Source: Octopus vulgaris
Lineage: Eukaryota
Reading direction: 5' to 3'
DNA: 64,000 nt
Assembly: GCA_951406725.2 (NCBI GenBank)
Contig: OX597818.1
Location: forward strand, 141,484,001-141,548,000
Numbering within the stretch: the first letter of the stretch is position 1; the number at the start of each line of letters is the position of its first letter. The position numbers and the translations under genes were made by a program. This document shows, in pieces, positions 55,960-64,000 of the stretch. Under the pieces are notes generated by a model. The model did no database searches and had not been told where the DNA came from. It was given only the letters and a program-made list of their open reading frames with translations.

Positions 55960-56176
55960 ATGAGAGAGGGATGAAAAGTTTCTTGCTTTAAGAGTATTGC
56001 GAAAGGCTTGGATGGAGGCCCAACCTTCTGAGTTCTTTGAGGGGGCTTAGGAAAACTGAAGGACCGCTGCAATAAATGTGTGAATCATAGAGGAATATGT
56101 TGAATAAATCATAATTAACTGATCCTCCCATATTTTCTTTTACCCGAAGACAGAAACTTTTCAGCGCACTCTCGTG
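55960..56176 (+). mobile_element. mariner-derived MITE (~215 bp)
   Basis: Imperfect TIRs GAGGG.TGAAAAGTTTCTTGCTT / AGACAGAAACTTTTCAGCGCACTCTCG; interior AAACTG...CGCTGCAATAAATGTGTG...GAATATGTTGAATAA is the mariner transposase end (K..R..KCV..G.YVE*); second copy at 62313. Confidence 0.72.
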
Positions 56177-56428
56177 GAAGGAAAGAATACGTTACTGTCG
56201 TGGTGCCAATGTTAAACAGCTCAGCTAAAGGAAACCCAAGGGTGGTAATTTATTTATCGAGATCAAAAGAATGAAAATCAAAGTTAACCTGGATGGGATT
56301 TAAAATACGGCCCCAGAGATTTAGGAATAAACCCTGAAAATATTTGGAAGTTGGGAAAATCGTTGTGATGTTTAGCCATTCAATAACTGAACAATGGAAT
56401 GTTCCGTAATGCAAGATGTATGAAATTC

Positions 56429-56990
56429 TACGAGGCGCATTCAGAAAGTATCAGACTTTATTTTTTCCATCCAAACTAATGCCGTATGCGTAAAATACTT
56501 TGGATGGGTAGTGACGCGACCCTTCCTACTCACGCAAGAAAATTTTTGTGCTCGTAGGCCGCGTCAGTTCCTGGATATTACACCTAGAGTACAGATGTGC
56601 AGTGTGTGCTCATCGGAATTTGCTTTTCTCGCTAAATGACAGTGTGCATCGAGCAGAGACCATAAACCCATTGTCTCATCACCAGTGATGATGGTCTTCA
56701 TGAAGTCTGGGTCGTGGTTTGTATAGTCCAACCTGTCCTGAGTGATTTCCAAGCAGAGTTTCTTCAATGACGTTTCGACGACAATTCTCGATCGACTCTT
56801 CGTTTCGCACACTACACGTCTCTACTCTAGGCGTCACACACAGTTGGAAACTGACACGGCCTACTGGTGCGAAAATATTCACACATACGCAGGAAGGATG
56901 GCTTCACCCCTCACTAAAAATATTTTTCCCGTCCGACATTGGTTTAGGAGGGGAAAATTAAACTCAGATACTTTTTGGACGCACGTCGTA
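56429..56990. mobile_element. non-autonomous mariner element with long imperfect inverted arms
   Basis: TACGAGGCGCATTCAGAAAGTATCAGA...TCAGATACTTTTTGGACGCACGTCGTA with TA ends; internal minus-strand peptide DPDFMKTIITGDET (first D motif of mariner transposase). Confidence 0.82.
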
Positions 56991-57211
56991 GAAACATGTG
57001 GGTGAGGAGATATATGTATGTGATTGTATGTGTAATTATGAGCGGCTGTTTATGTGTATATCTGTGTGTGAATTTGTGTTTGTGCGTATTTGTATGTGTG
57101 TGTGTGTGTGTCGAAATGAAGCGATTGGGTGCGGTTGTTTGGACACTGACGATTTGGTTCGGCTGACTGGACACTGAACGTGTTTAAGCAACGGTATGTG
57201 TTGACATTAGT

Positions 57212-57445
57212 GAAGGCAGCGAGCTGGCAGAACCGTTAGCACGCCGGGCGAAATGCGTAGCCGTATTTCGTCTGCCGTTACGTTCTGAGTTCAAATTCCG
57301 CCGAGGTCGACTTTGCCTTTCATCCTTTCGGGGTCGATAAATTAATTACCAGTTATGCACTGGGGTCGATGTAATCGACTTAATTCGTTTGTCTGTCCTT
57401 ATTTGTCCCCTCTGCGTTTAGCCCCTTGTGGGTAATAAAGAAACA
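57212..57445 (+). mobile_element. SINE family A, full length
   Basis: 17-bp TSD GGTATGTGTTGACATTA at 57193-57209 and 57446-57462. Confidence 0.92.
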
Positions 57446-58013
57446 GGTATGTGTTGACATTAAGTTCAACACACAAAAACCACACACACACACACACACA
57501 CACATGAACGCATAGAAATATATTTAGTATATATAATATAAATGTAATAATAAACACAGATACAGGGACTTAGAGTGCGGAAGAGAGGAGTGGAAAAGGA
57601 ACATTGCACACAAATGCAAACATAACTAAATACTCACACAAATAAACAGACACACATATAAACATACATAAACACATAAGTTTTGTGTGTGGGCGCGCAT
57701 GTTCGTTTATCCTTATCTTGACAAAATGTGAAGGTTGTAAACGAGCAGCACCGTCTTCCAGCCATCCGTGAAAAACATGTCTGGCTCTATGGAGATATTA
57801 CCTTGCCTGGAAACATTTGAGGGTTGACGGCCATAGAAAATCTACCTCGACAATTTCCACGTGACCCATGAAAACGTATTGAATAATGGTGATGACGTTG
57901 AAGATACATGAGTGAGTGTGCATGCATGTGTATCTAACCTATATATAAATATATATACACATACATATATATATTTATATAACATTTATATATATATATA
58001 TATATATGTGTAC

Positions 58014-58071
<58 letters not shown>

Positions 58072-58077
<6 letters not shown>

Positions 58078-58189
58078 AATCCAAGCAAGGAAAAACAATA
58101 ACGCGAGGACGTGGTACAAGTACTGTACTATCAGACGCTCAGGAAAGGAAGGAAAGAGGACTTAGCGTTTCGAGCCTTGCTCTTCTTCT

Positions 58190-58190
<1 letters not shown>
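58072..58190 (-). mobile_element. PLE pLTR fragment, truncated within the hammerhead
   Basis: Minus strand GAAGA-A-GAGC-AAG-GCTC-GAAACGCTAAG...CCTGAGCGTC...CCACGTCCTCGCGTT; (TA)n both sides. Confidence 0.75.
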
Positions 58191-58249
<59 letters not shown>

Positions 58250-58273
58250 TATATACATATATATATATATATA

Positions 58274-58371
58274 GTTAATCCAAACAAGAAAGCACAAAAA
58301 AACACAACAACGCGAGGACGTGGAACAAATATAGTATTATTGGACGCTCAGGAAAGGAGGGTTTAACGTTT
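58274..58371 (-). mobile_element. PLE pLTR fragment starting at the hammerhead cleavage region
   Basis: Minus strand starts AAACGTTAAACCCTCC...CCTGAGCGTCCAATAATACTATATTTGTTCCACGTCCTCGCGTTGTTG, nearly identical to 13844-13954. Confidence 0.8.
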
Positions 58372-58429
<58 letters not shown>

Positions 58430-59033
58430 ATATATACATATATATGTACGTGTATGTGAGTTGATGCAAGGATATGACTGCATACGCATGTATACCTGCG
58501 TGTATGTGTGGTCATATGTGTGACTGTGTTCATAATTGTGCATGTCTTATTTTCGGTGGCTGTATTTGTATTTCTATAGAACCGTAAAAGAAAAAATAAG
58601 GGGAAAAATAAAAGAAACAAAGCAAGAATGAAAGAAAAATACGTGTGCAAAATGAAAGAGGGGAAGCGGTGAGGGTATAAGTGTCTGTATATAATATGTT
58701 TATAATGTGAGACAACTACCGTATTTGATTACGCATGACGACAAATCAGGAATTTCGGTTTTTTTTGGGGGTTTTTTTTTTTGCAAGTGATGGCTTCAAA
58801 GTTCTGATCTATTCAGAGGTTTGTTGATGGACAGATCATGTGGAACACACTGAAATGGTAAAATAAAAGACAGAAAAAAAAAGAGGCGAATATAAGATGA
58901 AAGCTTGTCTGGCATGGAGGGAAAGTTTTGGATAAACTTCAAAAAACTATAGCTGAAGCCTAAAAATTATTCAGTCATATCGGGATCACAAACTAAATAG
59001 GTACGTGCTTACGTTCATACATACATACATACA

Positions 59034-59127
<94 letters not shown>

Positions 59128-59189
59128 CAATATATATATATGTATGTATATGTATGAGTGTATATATATATATGTATATATATAGAGAG

Positions 59190-59247
<58 letters not shown>

Positions 59248-59584
59248 ACGTGGTTAGGAATTAATGAAAACATAGAGAAGCCGAAGGGTGTGGAGAAAAG
59301 TGGGGGGGTATATGTTTATTTTATCACCACAGATAGATCGCCTTCGAACTTTATACATTTCGGGAAGTGTGCATATAAATATATAGATAGATAGATTGAC
59401 TGATAGATAGGAAGCAAAACTTGTTCTGAGCTTTATTATTCCCGCGAAAGTTTGATTACAGCACAAAGAAATCTAGTGACAACGCCGCAACCTTGAAGAA
59501 GAGAGCAAAATCTCAAGAATACAAGAAGTTCGGCAATTTTACATTATCTAAAATCCTTTGCGCAAATATCAGATATGGACAAAT

Positions 59585-59634
<50 letters not shown>

Positions 59635-60516
59635 TCCTCATTTTCACTCTCTTTCAGTCTCTCTTTCTTTCGTTCTCTCTCTCACTTTTTCGTTCTCATT
59701 TCTTCCTGCTCTCTTTCTTTCTCTCTCTCTTTCTCTCTCCCCTTTTCCCCCTCTCTTTCTCTCTCTCCTTTTCTCGCATTCTTTCTTTCTCTCTCTCTCT
59801 TTTCTTCCTCCCTCTCTGTCTCTGTCTGTATTTCAGGTTATATTTCTTCATAATTTTGGTGTCTGTTTGACATTCATTCAAGGACTTCTTTGCGTGCAAT
59901 GAGTGCCTGGAATCTTGTGGACGTGTGGTGTTAGAATGCTACTATCTGCCATCTTGGATATTATTTTTTTTGCCAGTGGTTATAATTCAAAAGTACGAGT
60001 GGGTGGTGAGTTTCTTTGTGAATGTCTGTGAGGAGTGTTAGCTGTGAAATTAAGAATATATCTATTGTGAAGAGATTTGATTTTAAGGAATGGTATTTTC
60101 ATGGTCGAAAGTTCTTGGTGCGTTGTGCTTTTGCTGCGATATATAAAAATCTCTTCTTTATGTTTGTGGCATATGTAAGTGTTTGGTGTAGTTTTCGTGG
60201 AATTTTGTTACACATTGGATGGAAATTTTGGAAGGAATATTTGTGTATATGGTGTATGCATATATCTTGTATATATCTTGAATGATTCCGGCCAACGCCC
60301 TGACACATACTAATCACATTCGCACCCACACACCACCACCACCGGGACTATTATAACAATACATGCATACTCAGACAGAGACACATACACACACACACAC
60401 GGGCGAACAAATACATTCACACACATGCGCACACACAACACTCTGACAAATTCTAATCACACACAAACGTGCACACATATACACACACCATCTTACCAAA
60501 TATAAAACATAAGCAC

Positions 60517-60600
<84 letters not shown>

Positions 60601-60601
<1 letters not shown>

Positions 60602-61514
60602 CAGGTGGGCTGAGGACAACAACATGCAGTTTAATGCAGGTAAGTTCCAGGCCCTGCGCTACTGGCACACAAAGGTAAATGACGTGAAGACTGGATACAC
60701 TGGCCCAGGAAGAATTGCAATCCCTGAGTCAAAAATCAGTGCGTGACCTGGGCATTGACATGAGCAATGATGCATCTTTCCAAATGCATATTGCTAATCT
60801 GGTGATAAAATGCAGACGGCTAGCTGGATGGATTCTCCGAACTTTCAGAACAAGAGAGAAGGAGACACTGATGGTCCTATGGAAAACATTCGTCCTCAGC
60901 CGCTTGGACTACTGCTCCCAACTTTGGTCACCACACAATATAAAACAAACAGCAGAACTCGAAGCAACTCAGAGAAGCTACACAAAGAAAATCGTCTCAA
61001 TGCAAAATGTCAGCTACTGGGAAAGACTGAAGGTATTAAACCTCTTCTCCCTGGAGCGGAGGCGGGAGAGATATGCAGTGATATACATCTGGAAAATCCT
61101 GGAGGGTCTTGTCCCAAACTTTGGCATTCAAAGTTACTCCAACCGCAGAACGGGCGCCGCTGCGTGGTGCCAAGGATTCCAACATCACCATCAAAATACA
61201 GGTCCAGATACTGCAACAGCTTGGGTTTCAGAGGACCACAGCTCTTTAACATCCTCCCTAAATGCCTGAGAGACTTACATGGTGTGGATGTGGGTTTCTT
61301 TAAAACTAAACTGGATCTCTTCTTGTTGGGAGTCCCAGATGAACCTACCTCACGACAGGAGACACGGATGCGGGCAGCAGCATCGAACTCCCTTGTTGAT
61401 CAAGTGCCACGTATCAGAGGTGGATTCACAAACTAGTGTAGCTCATTCAGCGGTGGTGCCCCAGCATGGCCGCGGCCTTCGGGTTAAAACATTTTTAAGG
61501 ATTTAAGGATTTAA

Positions 61515-61517
<3 letters not shown>
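60601..61517 (+). mobile_element. 3' fragment of a second CR1/L2-group LINE family
   Basis: WAEDNNMQFNAGKFQ..RDLGI..GWILRTF..SRLDYCSQLWSP..LFSLERRRERY..GPQLFNILP; frameshifts; (TTTAAGGA)x3 tail; (TA)n both sides. Confidence 0.92.
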
Positions 61518-61562
<45 letters not shown>

Positions 61563-62312
61563 GTATATACACACACATAGAGACGTGCACGGAGAGACAC
61601 ACACACTCACACCATTCTGACATCTAAGACCAATCCCAAAAACCACTGAACCAAGACAAACGAACCCAGAAACAAAAAAAAATCATTTTGATTCCACATT
61701 GCTCTTCCTACTCCAAACCAAACAACCTCCCACTCTGACCCTTAAAATAGCAAACATTTCTTAGCTACACATATGACAAAATGTCAGAAAGGCAGGTCAG
61801 TTATGCCTCTACAATTTTTTGTAAATTCTTAAATATATTTACTTTGTATATATATATATATTACCAAACAAACATGATTTTTTATTGAACTCAAAATACT
61901 TTTTGGAGTCCCGTTCTGATTACTTTCTTAAATACTTTCTTGCAAACTGTTTTTAACATTTTCTTATTATCAAAGAATGTATACCTGTATATTAATACTT
62001 TTGTGATAACCAGTACTTAACACAAGAAAGCTCATACAAATCTTTACATTTTACATCTTACAGCTAGCTCTTCTTACGAACACTGCTAACTGTCCACATT
62101 CTGAATCAATAAGAATGAAGTGTGATGTAAAGGGTACATGCAGCTGAAATCCAGAAGTTCCGACAAATTAAGTTATAAAAAGTGGTGAATACATTTATTC
62201 AGTCGCCTGACATCCTTAGGGCTACGGTCATTTCGTAGCCTTCTTCGTGTAGTAATAATATCTTATTACTTATACTCACACAATTGAATTATTATGCAAT
62301 ACTCGGGATATA

Positions 62313-62530
62313 TAGGAGATGGTACTGAAAGGTTCCTGGCTTTGATTAAGAGAAGATACAGCAGGATCAGTTAATTGTGATTTTATTCAACATATTTCTC
62401 TCTCAGTTTCACACACTTATTTCAGCGGTTCCCCAGTTTTTCTAAGCCCTGTAAATGAACTCGTGAAGTTGGGCCTCCTGCCAGGCTTTTCGCGATACTC
62501 TTATAGCCAGAAACTTCTCAAGCCCCTCGC
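62313..62530 (-). mobile_element. mariner-derived MITE, same family as 55960
   Basis: GGATCAGTTAATTGTGATTTTATTCAACATATT...TTTTCTAAGCCC...GGGCCTCC...TTCGCGATACTCTTA is the reverse complement of the 55960 copy. Confidence 0.75.
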
Positions 62531-62707
62531 GCGTGCGCGTGTGTGTATGAATGTCTGTGAGACTGCTCCTTCGATATGAACACGTTGTGTACTATAAAAG
62601 TGATAATTTTAAGAGGTTTGACGATTTAGCGTCTATTTTCAGCATATACATAGTATCTTCTAAGTTCTTAATCATAATTTTATTTTTAGACTATTATAAT
62701 TCTCTCG

Positions 62708-62775
<68 letters not shown>

Positions 62776-62780
<5 letters not shown>

Positions 62781-62948
62781 ATGTGACCGCGTGTGTATCG
62801 CTGGCGATTTTTCTCCTCCGTCTTCTCTTCCTTGGATCATTCCTTTTCCTATGCTTCTGACGAAGAGTTCCGCTCGAAACGGTAAATCCTCCTTCTTTCT
62901 TTCCTTTCCTGAGCTTCCAATAACACTTTACTTGTTCCACGTTCTCGT
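62776..62948 (+). mobile_element. PLE pLTR fragment with minimal hammerhead motif
   Basis: CTGACGA-A-GAGT-TCC-GCTC-GAAAC-GGT-AAAT at 62857-62887; whole segment is the reverse complement homolog of 14070-14232; (TA)n both sides. Confidence 0.8.
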
Positions 62949-63118
62949 ATATATATATATATATATACATGTATATACATATATATATATACATACATAA
63001 ATACATATATATGCATATATATATGCAAATGTGTATACATATATATATATATATAGATACATACATATATATATACATATACATATATAATACATATATA
63101 TATACATATATTCTTATA

Positions 63119-63165
<47 letters not shown>

Positions 63166-64000
63166 GTGTGTGTGTACATAAATATTTATATATATGATTC
63201 ACTCGCTAGTTATATAGAGTATTTACGCATAAGGGTATCTCAAGTATGGAGCAAACGTTATTTGTTTGGGTGTTTGGGTGCATGCCTATGTACGAGAGTT
63301 TTGTGGCGTTTGTGCGTGTGTATGCGTGCATGTGCACTATGTAAATTCTAGTACTTGAAGCTTCGTCTGGGTCTCGCTTTACATGTACCATCGATGTCTG
63401 CCAAGCCAAGGTATACTTACGTTTATCCACTCTGTTCTTGTGTTTATCTCTTTATATAGTAAACTACGCAATTGATAATTAACGATAATAATCACATGTT
63501 TGCACAATCACGCATGCGCATATAGAGATAATACAGACACGTGCTTTGACGCATACATACACGTACTCACATACACACATATTCATATACATTTATTTAT
63601 GTGGGTACATATACGTACACATTTTTATTTATATACATGGGTATGTGTATGTTTGTGTTCAGAGGGATACACACACACACACACACACACACATACTCAC
63701 ATAAACGCACGCGCATACATCCAGGCATATAGCGAAAATCTTACAAGCCGAAACACGAAACTCTATCTTCGTAGTAACAACAGACCTAATGGTCCAAACT
63801 TTATCGTGTTAAACGAGGCGGAATTCATATATTACGAGCATCCAAATGAGGTGTTTCCATCTATTTGATGTCAAACATTAAACCGTGGCCGACATGTTGT
63901 TGTGACCTGAATGCATTAAATGGAGCGAATTTCTCCGAAACGAAATGGTTTTGGTGGCTTAAGAAGAAAAGAGATGAAGAAACAGAATTTTTTATGTGTA

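Noticed and set aside
59930-60330. Minus-strand 76-aa ORF that might be a PLE N-terminal relic
   Set aside because: No diagnostic motif could be confirmed.

Overview
AT-rich, microsatellite-saturated animal genomic DNA with no recognisable host protein-coding exon. The repeat repertoire (three tRNA-derived SINE families, huge (TA)n/(GATA)n/(ATC)n tracts) looks like an octopod cephalopod (Octopus) genome; this is an inference from recognition, not a database result. Nearly all ORFs in the track are translated microsatellites. The real coding signal is all transposon-derived: a CR1/L2-group LINE reverse transcriptase (38.4-40.6 kb) plus two further LINE 3' fragments, a Penelope-like element (PLE, Neptune-type) GIY-YIG endonuclease inside an inverted pseudo-LTR structure (36.1-38.3 kb), a second Neptune C-terminal fragment (14.6-14.8 kb), a Helitron RepHel remnant, Tc1/mariner remnants and MITEs. 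The most interesting hidden layer is a set of type-I hammerhead ribozyme motifs in several different PLE terminal-repeat families: two with intact cores (38.0, 44.05 kb), several decayed (13.8, 14.1, 35.8, 58.2, 62.9 kb) and possible halves (19.6/20.7, 34.5 kb). They have palindromic, probably dimer-dependent stem III, very variable stem II length, and almost always abut (TA)n tracts. Coordinates were counted by eye and element ends may be off by some bases.
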